Part shown: positions 50,901-61,645 of the stretch, piece after piece
How positions within the stretch are numbered: the first letter of the stretch is position 1
How the letters are laid out: each line of letters begins with the position of its first letter
NCBI RefSeq assembly: GCF_963921235.1
Contig: NC_086097.1
Location: 145,516,001 to 145,580,000, forward strand
Direction of reading: 5' to 3'
Length of the DNA: 64,000 nt
Origin: Mobula hypostoma
Taxonomy: Eukaryota
The notes under the pieces: generated by a model
Told to the model about the DNA's origin: nothing
Seen by the model: the letters and a program-made list of their open reading frames with translations, nothing else
The model's database searches: none
Position numbers and translations under genes: made by a program

Positions 50901-53900
50901 GTGAGAGAGGGAAATGATGAAGGGTGGTGGGGGAAGGGGTGCGTGGAGGGGGGGGGGTGGTGTGGGCATTACCAGAAGTTCAAGAATTCGATGTTCATGC
51001 CATGAGGTTGGTGGCTACCCAGGCGGTATACAAGGTGTTGTTCCTCCAACCTGAATGTAGCCTCATTGTGACAGTAGAGGAGGCCATGGATTGACATAGG
51101 AATTGGAGTGTGAAGTGGAATTAAAAAGGATGGCCACTGGGAGATCCCGCTTCTTCTGGCAGATGGAGCATTGGTGCTCCGCAAAGTGGTGTCCCAATCT
51201 ACGTAGGGTTTCACTGATATACAGGAGGCCACACCAGGAGAATCGGACACAATATATGACCTCAACAGACTCACAGGTGAAGTGTCAACTCACTTGGAAG
51301 GACTGTTTGGGGCCCTGAATGGTAGTGAGGAAGGAGGAGTAGAGGCTGCCTTTTAAATCTACTCCTTGTATTTTTTTCTCCAGTCCTGCCGATGGGTCTC
51401 AGCCTGAAACATTGACTATTTTTTTTTTTCCATAGATGCTGCCTGGCCTGCTGAGTTCCTCCTGTATTTTGTGTATATTTATAGGCTTATTTGTTTCGGC
51501 AACCCTGTAGTTTATATGCCAGTTCTATGCTGGACCCTGCACGTATATTATTGGATTAATTATTCCCTCAGTTTGTGACCTCGGGGAAACCATCTAAGTT
51601 AATGGGTATAAATATTAGGTGAATTTGACTGAAATGAAATTTATTTCAGAGTCACTGATTTATATGATGCAAAATTTGTAGTGTGAGAAAAAAGGAATAA
51701 GGTTCATGAACCATTCTGAAATCTGGTGCAGGAAGGCAGAGAACTACTCCTTAATGGATGAATGTGTGTGTGCAGTCTCCTGTACCTCCTTCCTAATGGT
51801 AGTAATGAGAAGAGGATGTGTCCTGAGTGGTGAGGGTTTTTAGTGATAGACACCTTCCTGAGGCATCATCCCTTGAGGATGTTTCCGATGGTCAGGTGGG
51901 TTGTGCCCATGATAGAGTTGGCTAAGTTTATAACTCTGCAGCCTTTTGTAGTTGTGTTCTTTAGAGGTTCCATACCAGGCTTGATGCAACAAGTCAGAAT
52001 ACTTCGTACCATAAAGCTGTAGAAATTTGTAAGTCTTTGGTGATGTACCAATTCTCCTAAACTCATGAAGAAGTGTGCCACCTTTGTGATTGCATCGGTG
52101 TGCTGTGCCCAGAATAGACCTTCCGCAGTGTTGGTGCCCAGGAACTCGAAACAGGTTGTTTTCTACTATTGACTCCTGAAATGAGGATTGACCAACTTCC
52201 CCTTGATGAAGACTACAATCAATTCTTTGATCTTGCTGATATTGAGTGTGAGGTTGGGTGACTATCTGTATCTTTAACTTTTTGAGAACAAAGAGAGAAG
52301 AAGAGCTGAAGTAAATACTCAGCTCCTCAAACCCATTTTGCCATGTTACTGCCCACTCATCTTATTGGGTTGCAGGCTCTATTTTCTGCAATACCTCGTT
52401 GTAGTCAGCTGTTCTGTGAAAGATAAACAGAAAGTCTACAGATGCTGGAAATCCAAAGCAACACACATAAAATGCTGGCTGAGCTCAGCAGGCTAGGCAG
52501 CATCCATGGAAGTGAATAGATAGTTGATGTTCTGGGCCAAGAACTTCTTCACAGACCCTTCTGTAAAAGACCTGTTTATATGTTTTTCACTTCAGTTGTT
52601 TGCATGATTTATGTTTTTCTTTTTCTTTTGCATCGGTTGTTAGTCATTTTTTTTCTATAGGGTTATTTCGGGTTTCTTGCTTTGTGACTACCTGTAAGCA
52701 AACAAATCTCAAGGTTGCATAATTTATACATTCTTTGATAAAAAGTGTACTTTGAATCTTTCAGTATGTGCTACTTTGGGTGCAATTTTATTATTTCAAC
52801 GAACTCTAAATCTTTGCTAGTATATTGCTCCCAGTTCCATCCACTCTAACCTTGTGTATCATCTCTTGTGTGAGGTGTTATCAAAAGCCTTCTGAAAATC
52901 TAAATACACACATTCACTAGATTCTCCTCATCAACTCTGCAAAATATGTCCCACGGAACACAAAACGATTAGCAAAACCTGATTTTCTCTCATAGATCTA
53001 CATTGACCATGTTCAATCAAACCATTATTTTATGTATCTTAATATGACGTCCCTTATTAAAGTTTACATAATTTTTCTCGTATGTTTTGTACCTCTTCAC
53101 ATGTTTGCAGTATTCTACTTCTTTTTTCCTTCTATATATAGACTTCTGAGTGACCATTATCAGACTATTCACTGTTTCTTTTGCCACTTCATTCAAAACT
53201 CTGGGATATGGATCACTAAACTTGTGATTTATGCTTGTCTAGGTTTGAGCAATGAAAGTTGGTCCATAATGAAGAACATGGCTACTGAACTCATTATCAT
53301 ACTGATCGGTTACTTCACCCTGGTTCCAGCCATTCAGGTATTTCTTGTTACTTGTCTTTGTAGTTAGCCAAAACTTTAAAAACAGAATAACAATACATGA
53401 ATGTTTGATTTGCAAAATGACTTTATTCATTAAAGGTCATCTACAAGTGACAGCTGGGCTACTAATTGTTATACTGAAACTTACCCAGCCGATGAGTAAC
53501 AGAATTGTTCTTGTGTTGAGTTTGTGGCGTGTTCCTGATTGTAATATGCTGGTCAGTTACTTCGCTCTCAGTTTGTGCAAAGAATGCAAGTGCTGGTGGA
53601 ATATGGCTTTGGAAGTGCATTATTGTCAGACGACTGTGCTAGCAGGGTGGTGCAAACCTCTGCTCTCTGTCTGCTGTACCAGGAATCAGATCGAGGCTTA
53701 GCTCTCTGCTAGTACACTATGGTAACAAGTTCATTAGTAGTCATTATAGTGGGCTTGTTACCAAAGGGAAGTCTCAGATTAGCTGGGGACATCCAGCCAA
53801 GTAAAGAGTTAAAAGGTGAGAGAACACAACTTCCATCACGTCCAAGAAGTGGAAATGAGTAATTAGAGGATTTGGGTGGTCCGTCAATACATGATGCAGT

Positions 53901-56900
53901 TGCTTGCCGTCCCCAGCAATGTCCCACGCTTGCCATGCTAGTGGAGGTACATCCTTGAGACCAATATCTTAGCATTGAACAATTGCATTACTTGCCTTGG
54001 CTCACAGAACACCAGTCCCATAGATGGCTACTGCATATTAACACAGCACATCATACTAAGCCATACAACCATGTGATTGTTTTGGGAGTGCCAATGGAGG
54101 GCAGAGGCTCATGCCATCCACAACACACAACCTAAACGAATATACTTTATAAAAGACTACGGACAGGTACCCATGAGTGTTCAATCTCAGGGTAAGATTG
54201 TGCTTATTAATAGTATCTGAGTCATCTCGAAGCTGCAACTGGGTATTATAAAAGTCTTTATTCACACGGCTGACTTCCAGGAGAGTGAGAATCCAGGAGA
54301 ATCCAAGAGAATCTCTCTGTCTTGACACATTTTATACTTCTTAAACACAAATATAACAATAATCAATTAACTACAGTTTCAATTATTATAATCACTTACT
54401 TCAACATTTGGAATATAGTAGGATATATTTACAGAATTACATATTTACAATGGCAGCATATCCCAGCTAGCAAAACCTCATTGAATATTCAATACTGAAT
54501 ATTCGGAGGTGTTCTGCTAGTTGTTATGTGCTGCCATGGTGTCTGTTCCAAAAACCAGACACACAAAATTTACTGCTTTTGTTACAGTGTTGAGGGGTAG
54601 CTCCATGAGGGATTCTCATAGAGGGATTAGAAGTGGAAAGAGTGAGCAACTTCAAGTTCCTAGGTGTCATGATCCGAGGATTAACCTAGTCCAACATATC
54701 AATGCAGCTATAAAGAAGGCAAGACAGCAGCTATATTTCATTAGGAGTTTGAGGAGATGGGTTTGTCAACTAAAACATTCGAAAACTTCGAAGAGGTACT
54801 GTGGAGAGCATTCTAACAGGCTGCGTCATTGTCTGGTATTGGGGTTGGGGGGTGTTTGCTACAGCATAGGATTGAAAGAAGATACAGAAAGTTCTAAAAT
54901 TAGTCAGCTCCATCTTGGGTACTAGCCTCCATAGTATCAAAGACATCTTCAAGGAGCAGTGTCTCAGAAAGGTGGTGTCCATTATTAAGGACCTCTCATC
55001 ACCCAGGACATACACTACCTCACTTTTTAAATTATTTCTGTTTTTGCACTATTTTTTATTTATATAAAAATAAGTAAATTAATTACAGTAAATATATATG
55101 TAATTATTGTAATTGATTTACTTTTTTTTCTACATTATCGTGTATTGCATTGTACTGCTGCCGCTATGTTAACAAATTTCACGACACATGCCGATGATAT
55201 TAAACCAGATTCTGATTCTGAATATGCAACTATGTAGGTTAACAGACAAAACAGATCTCTCCTGAGTTCTGCATTAAGTAGCAGGGATACACCCCTAACA
55301 ATGGCATGAATAGGAGAAACATTCTCTATTGTCAACCCTGTGTAGTTTCAAAGGAACAGAAAGTCACAAGGATTCATTTGGAAGTTAAACTGTGTACAGG
55401 TTTTATTTCCTGAAAGACTGGTTCTCATTTTAATTAATCCATGATTGCATAGCTCCCTAATAGATAGATGCTTGGGAGGAGTGTGGTTGGGTGTAGGTAT
55501 CACTAAATGGGAGGCCATTGTAAAATTATCAATGTTCTTAGATTTTTGTTAAGATTAGATAATTAGGCATTTTTATTTTATGTCAGTGACCTGATGTTCA
55601 AAAAAATATACACCACCTGGAGTTAACGCAATAAGGGGAGATTTCTATAGTACCTATCACTGCTTCTGGTTGTTTCCTTTAATTTATAACCAGTGAAATA
55701 TTTCTGAAGTATAATCACTGTGTAATAAATCTGCTTATGGCAAATTGCCTCAAACGGCAACGTGATAATGATGAGATCTTTGCGATGTAGATTGAGAAAT
55801 TAATATGCCTAATGTCCACTTACCATTGAAGCCTTCAGAAGGGGATATAAGGGAATATACAATGGGAAAGAGAGGTGCAGAAGAATATGGAAATGATCTG
55901 ATTGCTGGGGTGAGACAAGTATTGGTCAAGATAGAGTCCAGATGATAGTTGGTGAGATCAGAATTTGCTGTGGTTTGACGTTTTCTTGATAGCCTGGCCT
56001 GGGAGATGTATTCTTCATGACAAAAGGTCTCACCTTTTTCAGCACTGCCTTGCCTGCTTTCAGCCACTTTATTTTCTGAGGACTGGGAAACATATCTGTA
56101 TTTAAAAGCAGAATGATTATTTAAAACATAAGCAACATGTAAAAAACCATCCTATTTCCCCAGAAGCCTGATTCATTCTGCCGCCACCAAAACTGGAGGT
56201 AGTGCATATTGACCCTGTAGCAATTTTTTGTCCATCTTAACATCTCTTAAACTTAGATTCGAGAATTCAAGTTCAGCTATGTGGTTCTGTATAGTGGACA
56301 TAAAAGCAGAAAATACTGGAAAAACATCAACAGGCAGGCAGCATCTGCAGAAAGGAAAACAATAACATTGAGGGCCCGAGAGCCTTCATCTGCATTGAAT
56401 AAGAAAGAAAAGTTAATTTTTAGTTGCTGAAAAAGTCGGGACGGGATGAATCACAAAGGGAATATCTCTGATTGGTGAGAACAAATAGATTAACCTGGTA
56501 GTTAGAATCTAATTGCGCTTCTGTATCTGTGTTATGTATTGTTAAGAGCAGAGCAGTAGGGCCTGCCCAGCAGTTTGAGTTATATTAATTGAGAAAGGAA
56601 ACATGAGCCAAAATCACAGCTGCCAGAAATAGCTGGTTCTGATACAGAAAAAAGAGCAAGTTGCTTAAACTGGAGAAGTTGATATTGAGTTCAGAATGTG
56701 CCCAGGCAGATTTAGGTCCTATAATTAAAGCTTGCATTTAGTTTTGTTGTAACAGTGTAGAAGGTACAGACCGATAATTCAGAATAGGAATGGGATGGAG
56801 ATTAAAAGCTCTGAGCCACTCTCTGTCTGATAAAGGACCTCAAACTTAAAACATTAACTTCCGTTTCTTTGTGCTTCCAGCATTTTCTATGTTTATTTCA

Positions 56901-59900
56901 AACTTTCAGAATCTCAAGGTTTTTGATTTTTTTCATTCATTGTATAGTGGACGCATTGGTTGTAAGCAACACACATAAAAATTGCTGGTGAACGCAGCAG
57001 GCCAGGCAGCATCTATAGGAAGAGGTACAGTCAACATTTCGAGCCGAGACATCGACTGTACCTCTTCCTATAGATGCTGCCTGGCCTGCTGCATCCACCA
57101 GCAATTTTTGTGTGTTGCTTGAAATTCCAGCATCTGCAGATTTCCTCATGTTTACATTGGTTGTAACCTGGTTTTCTACAAACTTGGTTTATGGTTAATT
57201 CGCTATGATTCATAATGAGGCTTTTTAAGAGGTAAGCTCCGAAAGAAAAATTAGCCATTGCAGGTGAGATGTTTCCGAAGCTTACGTTGGCCTTTGTTGT
57301 AGAGGCTAAGGATATGTCAGTGTAGTTTGGGGAGTAAAAATGGTAGACAACTGGAAGCTCAGTAATTTTGTGGATAAACAGAGGTTCTGTGCAAGATAGT
57401 CACCCAATCTGTTTGATTTCTCCATTGTAGAGGAGACCACATCATGAGCATTGAATGCAGTACACTAAATTGGAAGGAGTACATTTGAATTGCTGCTTCA
57501 CCCGGAGAAGTGTTTGAGTCCTCGGATAGTAGGAAGGGAAGAGGTAAAAGAACAGATGTTACATCTCTTGTGATTGCATGAGAAAAAGCCACAACAAGGG
57601 GAGAGGGTGTTGGTGGAGATAGAAGGGTGAACCAGTGAGTCACAGAGGAAATAGTCCTTTTAGTTTACTGGAAGGAGTGGCAAAGATTTTTGTGTTGGTG
57701 ACAGCAATGTACTGAAAGTGGCAAACATCACACTGAATGATCTGTTGAATGTGGAAGTTGTTGGGTTATCAGAGTTCTACTCTTCATCTGGGTGGGACAA
57801 GGGAGGATGAGAAGTGTGGGAAATGTTACATAGTTGAGAGTCCTTCTAGCTAAGGTGGAGTCTAAATATAGTTAAGAAAATAGAAAATTATCTTGGCAAG
57901 TTTAATCATCTGAATACATTTTGTGAAGTTGGGAGTATGGAGTCATATAGGATTGGAGTCTTCCTTTACCTTTTAATATACAACAAGCTTGTAATATTAT
58001 CACCAATTGTACAGAAGTCCTGACATTTATTATGGTAAATTACAATTCCTTGTACTGTAATGAAATGCCCTTGGAGGTTGAGACATTACAATAATGTTAA
58101 AGTACAGTTGACACAAGGTTACCCTTCCCTATTCCTCTACTCCTCCTTTCTTCAAGCCAGGCCCTGCATATAGCATGAGCATTTCAGGTGTCAGTCTGCT
58201 AGTGATAAAATGAGACATGACTCCTGCTGAATGAGCAGTTCACTTCTCTGATTGCACTTCATGTCTCAATAGTCCACATACCAAAATCTGATGATTGACC
58301 AACTTACCTTCTCTGACTCCGTAATTCTATGGCTCACTGTAATGCCTCTCCACTACCCAAAACCCCTGTTCTGGCTGTGATAACTCCATGGCTGAGAAGT
58401 CCACTTTCAAGGTAAAATCTCACTACCACGGTCAGTGAAAACTGCAAAATCTCCTTTGATCTCAGCCTGCTTTTATAGTCCCTCCCCCTGCTGGCAGATT
58501 AACAGTATTTCAGCTGTCTACCCCTTGCTGCTTGGATATCTGTCTCAGTTGATTGATAGATTTTCAATAGTTACAGTGGAAACACCTCTTAAATAAGGTA
58601 ATTGAAGTTTTTAATCTTTTCAGCACTGCTTTCTGCTGCTAAACCAAGTCGAAACTATGTCATGTATAAACAATAAACAGCTACTATTCCTAAAAGCTGT
58701 TCCTCACTGTTTTCCTGGTACATTGCTGAGTATAGTGGTGCTGCTATTGTGTAGAACTTGAAAGTTTCATCACCTCTACTGCTTCACCCCACTCTCATTC
58801 TTCATTACAATTCATAGTGCCTATAAAAAGTATTCAACCCCCACCCTGGGATGTTTTCATATTGTTTTGCACCATTGAATCACAGTGGATTTAATTTTTT
58901 GACACTGATCAACAGAAAAATGACTCTTTCGTGTCAAAGTGAAAACAAATTTCTACAAGTAGGTCTAAATTTATTACAATTATTAAACAGAAAATCATTG
59001 GTTGCATAATTACTTACCCCTTTCAAGTCAGTATTTAGTAGATGCATCTTTGACAGCAATCATAGCCTTGAGTCTGTGTGGGTAGCTTTGCACATCTGGA
59101 CACTGTAACTTTCCCCATTCTTCTTTACGAAACTGCTCAAGCTCTGTCAAATTGCATGGGAATCATGAGTAAACAACCCTTTTCAAGTCCAGCCACAAAT
59201 TCTCAATTGGATTGAGGTCTGGACTCTGACTTGACCACTCCAGGACATTAACTTAGTTGTTTTTAAGCCATTTCCGTTAAGCCATTCCAGGCTTTATGTT
59301 TGGAGTCATTGTTTTGCTGCATTCATTTTACACTCTACTTTCACAAGCCTTCGAAGGCCTGCTGCAGTGAATCATCCTCACAGCATGATATAGCCACCAC
59401 CATGCTTCACGGTAGGGATGGTGTGTTTTTGATGATGTGCGGTTGGCTTGCGCCAAATTGAGCTTTTTGGTCACCAGACTAAATGCTCTATTTTGGTTTC
59501 ATCATACCATAGAAAATTTTATTGTAACTAAGTCTTAATTCTTGACTAAGGTTTGAGAGTCAACGAACAATTTATTGTAGACATCTTTCATTTGAATATG
59601 GACTCAGAGTCAACGAATGTTTTTTTTATATAAATAACTTTATTTTGTAATATTTCTGAATAAAGTATTTTTGGAAAAAAAGTAATCATACCATAGAACT
59701 ATCTTCCAGGTGACTTCAGAGTCTCCCACATGCCTTCTGGCAAACTAGCCAAACTTTCATGTCAATTTTTTTCAACAGTGGCTTTTTCTTTGCCATTTTC
59801 TCATAAAGTAGCAACTGGTGAAGCAAACACGAGGAAATCTGCAGATGCTGGAAATTCAAGCAAAACACACAAAATGCTGGTGGAAGAAGCACAGTCGGTC

Positions 59901-61244
59901 TCCTATCTCAGCAAACTTGTAACTCCTCCAGAGTTGTCATAGGTTTCTTGGTGTCCTCCCTTAGTCGTCCCCTTCTCGCACTATCACTCAGTTTTTGAGG
60001 ATGGCCTGCTCTAGGCATATACAGCTGTGCCATGTTCTTTACATTGACTTAACTGTACTCCAAAGGGGTATTCAGTGACTTGGAAATTTTCTTGCACCTC
60101 CCTCCTGACTTGTGCTTTTCAATAACCTTTTTGCAGAGTTACTTGGAATGTTTTTTCGTCTTCATGGTGTAGTTTTCCACCAGGATACTGATTTACTAGC
60201 AGCTGGACCTTCCAGATACAGGTGTATTTTTACCACAATCAATTGAAACACCTTGACTGCACACGAATGATCTCTATTTAACAAATTATCTGACTTCTAA
60301 AACAGATTAACTACAGCAGTGATGATTTGGTGTGTCATACTAAAGGGGATGAACCCTTAACAGTATATTATTTTGTGTTTTATATTTGTAGAGATCTGTT
60401 TTTATTTTGACACGAAAAAGTCTTTTTCTGTTGATCAGTGTCCAAAAAAAGCCAAATTAAATCCACTATGATTCAATCTTGTAAAACAATAAAACATGAA
60501 AGCTTCAAGGTGGGGGGGGGGTAAATATTTTTATAGGCACCGTAAATATACTCAGTTTCTCACATTTCTTAGTTTTGATGACCTGAAATATCATCTCAGG
60601 TTTTATTTTCTCTCGCAGATGCTGCCTAATCCGCTGAATAGTTTCAGCATTTTCTATTTCTCTTTGAGAAAACAGACATTTAGGAAAGTGAAGTGTGTGT
60701 GAAATGCATAATTGGATTAGGAGCTTTTGAGATAAATCTTGTATTTGCCTCTTTTCTATTTCCATTTCTAAATTATAACTGGTAAATTTAATTTTTAAAT
60801 GTTGGGTCTTTTAGGGATTAGGAAACAATGCATACAGTAAGAACTAAGATAAACCCAATTTAACTAGTCTTTAGTAGATCAAACTGAAAGCCAGATCTGA
60901 AAATGTAATATATAGTGACCTTGTTAATTTGTAAGGTAATTATGTGTAAATCATTCCACCAGAATGTAATTATAAAAACTAATTGAGAGTACATTTTTAA
61001 TAAAAAAAATTTGTTTTGTTCAATTTGCTGTTATTCCTCTTCTATTTCTGATTTCGTATTTTATGAAATGTCTGCACCTGTAGCATTTATTGACCTTGTT
61101 TTTTGTTTTGTGAACTTTCCCCACCCCTCTCAAAATTTCTTACAGGAATTTTGCCTATTTGCTGTGGTTGGACTCGTTTCGGATTTCTTTCTGCAGATGT
61201 GTTTCTTTACAACAGTATTGTCCATCGATATCCGCCGCATGGAG
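11848..61244 (+). CDS. SCAP: SCAP, N-terminal 448 codons over 10 coding exons (spliced; gene continues beyond the window)
   Basis: Exons of 122, 130, 158, 221, 106, 173, 127, 113, 95 and 99 coding nt join in frame (1344 nt) with GT-AG boundaries. Translation runs [30 protein letters not shown]...[23 protein letters not shown]...SIDIRRME, recognisably SCAP. Exon numbering below assumes a single non-coding first exon upstream. Confidence 0.97.
12733..13280 (-). mobile_element. RTE-clade non-coding derivative (5' UTR-like)
   Basis: Resembles RTE 5' regions as I recall them (aatagcctctgacaaccaagtccagctcctggcc; aggagaaggaaaactctgatc on the minus strand). Imperfect flanking repeat gatttgctaaga / gctttgttaaga. 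Confidence 0.5.
13480..14590 (-). mobile_element. Rex1/Babar-type LINE 3' part
   Basis: ORF 13776..14294 has [21 protein letters not shown] and [16 protein letters not shown]; tcttgaa-type tail. Confidence 0.82.
14590..15150 (-). mobile_element. Second Rex1/Babar-type 3' fragment of a different subfamily
   Basis: Minus strand reads [13 protein letters not shown]...[13 protein letters not shown]; (ttgaa)n tail. A sister tail fragment lies near 37260-37360. Confidence 0.7.
18299..19500 (-). mobile_element. Penelope-like element (RT C-terminus, GIY-YIG endonuclease, pLTR)
   Basis: [12 protein letters not shown]...[34 protein letters not shown]...PVATHFN...[12 protein letters not shown]. Frameshifted. 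Confidence 0.9.
20392..20537 (-). mobile_element. 146-bp Penelope pLTR mini-insertion carrying the hammerhead motif
   Basis: 15-bp TSD cttgagcttgaagcc at 20377-20391 and 20538-20552. Minus-strand motif CTGACAA-agggtctcggacc-GAAACGTC-gactg at 20491-20523. Confidence 0.8.
21778..23394 (-). mobile_element. Full-length decayed Tc1 transposon, IR/DR type (1617 bp)
   Basis: TA on both sides; TIRs of about 210 bp with outer and inner caaaagtttgggcaccc-like repeats; transposase from about 23015 to 22000 broken by stops and frameshifts. Same family as 1-566. Confidence 0.93.
23802..23931 (+). CDS. SCAP: SCAP exon 3; [27 protein letters not shown]...RPDW
   Basis: atag acceptor, gtaagt donor, phase compatible with neighbours. 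Confidence 0.96.
25783..26614 (-). mobile_element. Solo LTR (832 bp), Gypsy/ERV-like
   Basis: TGTTAC...GTCACA termini; GTGT 4-bp TSD at 25779-25782 and 26615-26618; minus-strand GATAAAAA box near 26410 and AATAAA near 25868. Confidence 0.85.
26653..26956 (+). mobile_element. tRNA-derived SINE with CORE-like central domain
   Basis: A box TGGCCAAGTGG, B box GTTCGAGTC, central tgtgtccatgagcaaggcacttaacc, flanking repeat tatgtacataa(a)gtg. Confidence 0.8.
27013..28157 (+). mobile_element. hAT (Charlie3/MER1-like) non-autonomous element
   Basis: 8-bp TSD tactaatc at 27005-27012 and 28158-28165; right end aggtttggggacccctg; dimerization-domain remnant [25 protein letters not shown]...AGKQAQSSH; left TIR partly deleted. 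Confidence 0.87.
29818..30065 (+). mobile_element. V-SINE-like element
   Basis: tRNA-like head, cgtgggattcctccggctgctcc core, tctgtgctgtatctctaaat tail. Confidence 0.65.
31493..33020. mobile_element. PIF/Harbinger non-autonomous element (1528 bp)
   Basis: TIRs ggctatgtccacactagactggataa and ttatccggtctagtgtgggtagcc; TAA TSD at 31490-31492 and 33021-33023; subterminal ttttgaaaa and cacact repeats. Confidence 0.88.
33031..33701. mobile_element. Tigger3/MER2-like element (671 bp)
   Basis: TIRs cagtcagccctccgtatc and gatacggaaggccgactg; TA TSD; 33085-33285 matches the MER2 consensus as I recall it. Confidence 0.88.
33851..34008 (+). CDS. SCAP: SCAP exon 4; [52 protein letters not shown]
   Basis: ttctttgtag acceptor, gtagga donor. 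Not in the ORF track; read directly from the sequence. Confidence 0.95.
34165..35145 (-). mobile_element. Rex1/Babar-type LINE 3' part
   Basis: [39 protein letters not shown] and [18 protein letters not shown] motifs. Confidence 0.85.
35518..35573. repeat. Perfect 23-bp inverted repeat with a 10-nt loop
   Basis: AATCATCATTCAATTAACAATAT - aatttgctaa - ATATTGTTAATTGAATGATGATT. Confidence 0.92.
36783..37003 (+). CDS. SCAP: SCAP exon 5; [22 protein letters not shown]...[12 protein letters not shown]
   Basis: aacag acceptor, gtagct donor, inside ORF 36760..37020. Confidence 0.96.
37708..42857 (+). mobile_element. L1-clade LINE, 5'-truncated ORF2 and 3' UTR, decayed, interrupted by a Rex1 copy
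   Basis: APE motifs [19 protein letters not shown] and SDHAPV; RT motifs [21 protein letters not shown] and LYADD; C-terminal CDKC...MYWACP; AATAAA with A-tail; flanking aaagttca. The 5' boundary is either 37708 or 37857. Confidence 0.9.
39112..40278 (-). mobile_element. Rex1/Babar LINE 3' portion nested in L1 ORF2
   Basis: Highly similar reverse complement of 62031-63200; L1 reading resumes after it. Confidence 0.92.
43533..43638 (+). CDS. SCAP: SCAP exon 6; [36 protein letters not shown]
   Basis: gtgcag acceptor, gtaaag donor; contains Tyr234. Confidence 0.94.
43795..44900 (+). mobile_element. CR1 LINE, 5'-truncated
   Basis: [24 protein letters not shown] and [12 protein letters not shown] motifs; gttatatg tail. 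Confidence 0.92.
45195..45465 (+). mobile_element. V-SINE-like element
   Basis: tagtgtagtggttag A box, gagttcaatcc B box, tctgtgctgtatttctaaat tail. Confidence 0.65.
45841..46013 (+). CDS. SCAP: SCAP exon 7; FLKSLRLRL...[26 protein letters not shown]
   Basis: cctttttcag acceptor, gtaagt donor; contains the YIYF motif and the N263 sequon. Confidence 0.97.
47342..47468 (+). CDS. SCAP: SCAP exon 8; [41 protein letters not shown]
   Basis: ttttgcag acceptor, gtaagt donor; sterol-sensing domain. Confidence 0.97.
47835..48175 (-). mobile_element. CR1 3' fragment
   Basis: Minus strand reads [17 protein letters not shown] followed by a CR1-type 3' UTR. Confidence 0.75.
48264..48376 (+). CDS. SCAP: SCAP exon 9; [37 protein letters not shown]
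   Basis: ttttcaaag acceptor, gtaaaa donor; sterol-sensing domain. Confidence 0.96.
48595..48870. mobile_element. Inverted pair of Penelope pLTR fragments
   Basis: gcaacacacacaaaatgctg...gcagcatctatgga pairs with tccatagatgctgcc...tttgtgtgtgttgc; hammerhead core CTGATGA at 48773-48779. Confidence 0.7.
49580..49985 (+). mobile_element. CR1 3' fragment
   Basis: Homologous to 11100-11475. Confidence 0.8.
50540..51480 (-). mobile_element. Penelope-like element with an inverted terminal repeat
   Basis: GIY-YIG remnant ([25 protein letters not shown]); 50577-50699 is inverted at 51351-51474. Confidence 0.85.
51640..52250 (-). mobile_element. Old Rex1/Babar-type fragment
   Basis: [21 protein letters not shown] motif, heavily decayed. 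Confidence 0.6.
53243..53337 (+). CDS. SCAP: SCAP exon 10; [32 protein letters not shown]
   Basis: gtctag acceptor, gtattt donor. Confidence 0.96.
54600..55220 (+). mobile_element. Rex1/Babar-type 3' fragment
   Basis: [16 protein letters not shown] motif; (gattct)n tail at about 55207-55220. Confidence 0.75.
56300..57950 (-). mobile_element. Old, degenerate Penelope-like remnants
   Basis: pLTR-like start near 56305 and decayed GIY-YIG-like coding remnants at 57380-57600. Confidence 0.55.
56966..57154. mobile_element. 189-bp fold-back Penelope pLTR mini-element
   Basis: Near-perfect inverted arms of about 70 bp centred on a hammerhead remnant; 12-bp TSD cattggttgtaa at 56954-56965 and 57155-57166. 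Confidence 0.85.
58815..60542 (-). mobile_element. Second Tc1-family transposon, decayed and internally deleted, with nested insertions
   Basis: TIRs (c/t)agtgcctataaaaagtattca and taaatattttataggcaccg plus TA, about 200 bp long; minus-strand transposase remnants ([20 protein letters not shown]). Confidence 0.85.
59515..59684 (+). mobile_element. Short poly(A)-type retro-insertion, probably an L1/Tx1 3' end
   Basis: 14-bp TSD atcataccatagaa at 59501-59514 and 59685-59698; ends gaataaagtatttttggaaaaaaa. Confidence 0.75.
61146..61244 (+). CDS. SCAP: SCAP exon 11; [33 protein letters not shown]
   Basis: cttacag acceptor, gtaata donor; contains D428, D443 and M447-E448 of MELADL. Confidence 0.97.
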
Positions 61245-61645
61245 GTAATATTTAATATGATTGAATTTAATTTTATTCTCTCTCTCAAACTCTGGAATGT
61301 TATCTTAAACACAATGATAGCATATTGGTTTACAATTGGAAGCCTGAGGCTCCAAGACCTGGAATTTTCCATGTCCATTACTTGCCAGTTCCTCTTAAAC
61401 AAGGAACTAGTCATTGGCCACTCATTACTTAGAACCTGCCTTATCATTCATTTAAATCTTTGCTGAATCCTAACTCCATCTGTCTACATTGGTTCTCTTA
61501 TCCATAATGAACTTGCCCAACAAAAATTGATCAATCTCAATTTCAAAAATTTCTGTTGACATGATCTGATATATGTTTGGAGCATGGATTTCAATTTTTT
61601 ACAGTGGAAGAGTTAGTTCCTGACATCGCTATGCAAAGTCTTAAT

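Noticed and set aside
50920..50966. G-quadruplex-like G-runs (also the C-run near 28065-28083)
   Set aside because: Low-complexity parts of transposons with no evidence of function.
54200..54410. Possible short solo LTR on the minus strand (TATA-like box, AATAAA, ...caaca end)
   Set aside because: No convincing second terminus or TSD could be found.
61011..61466. 151-aa membrane-protein ORF (likewise 53032..53367 and 45743..46069)
   Set aside because: These are SCAP exons read through into flanking intron; splice sites delimit the real coding parts.
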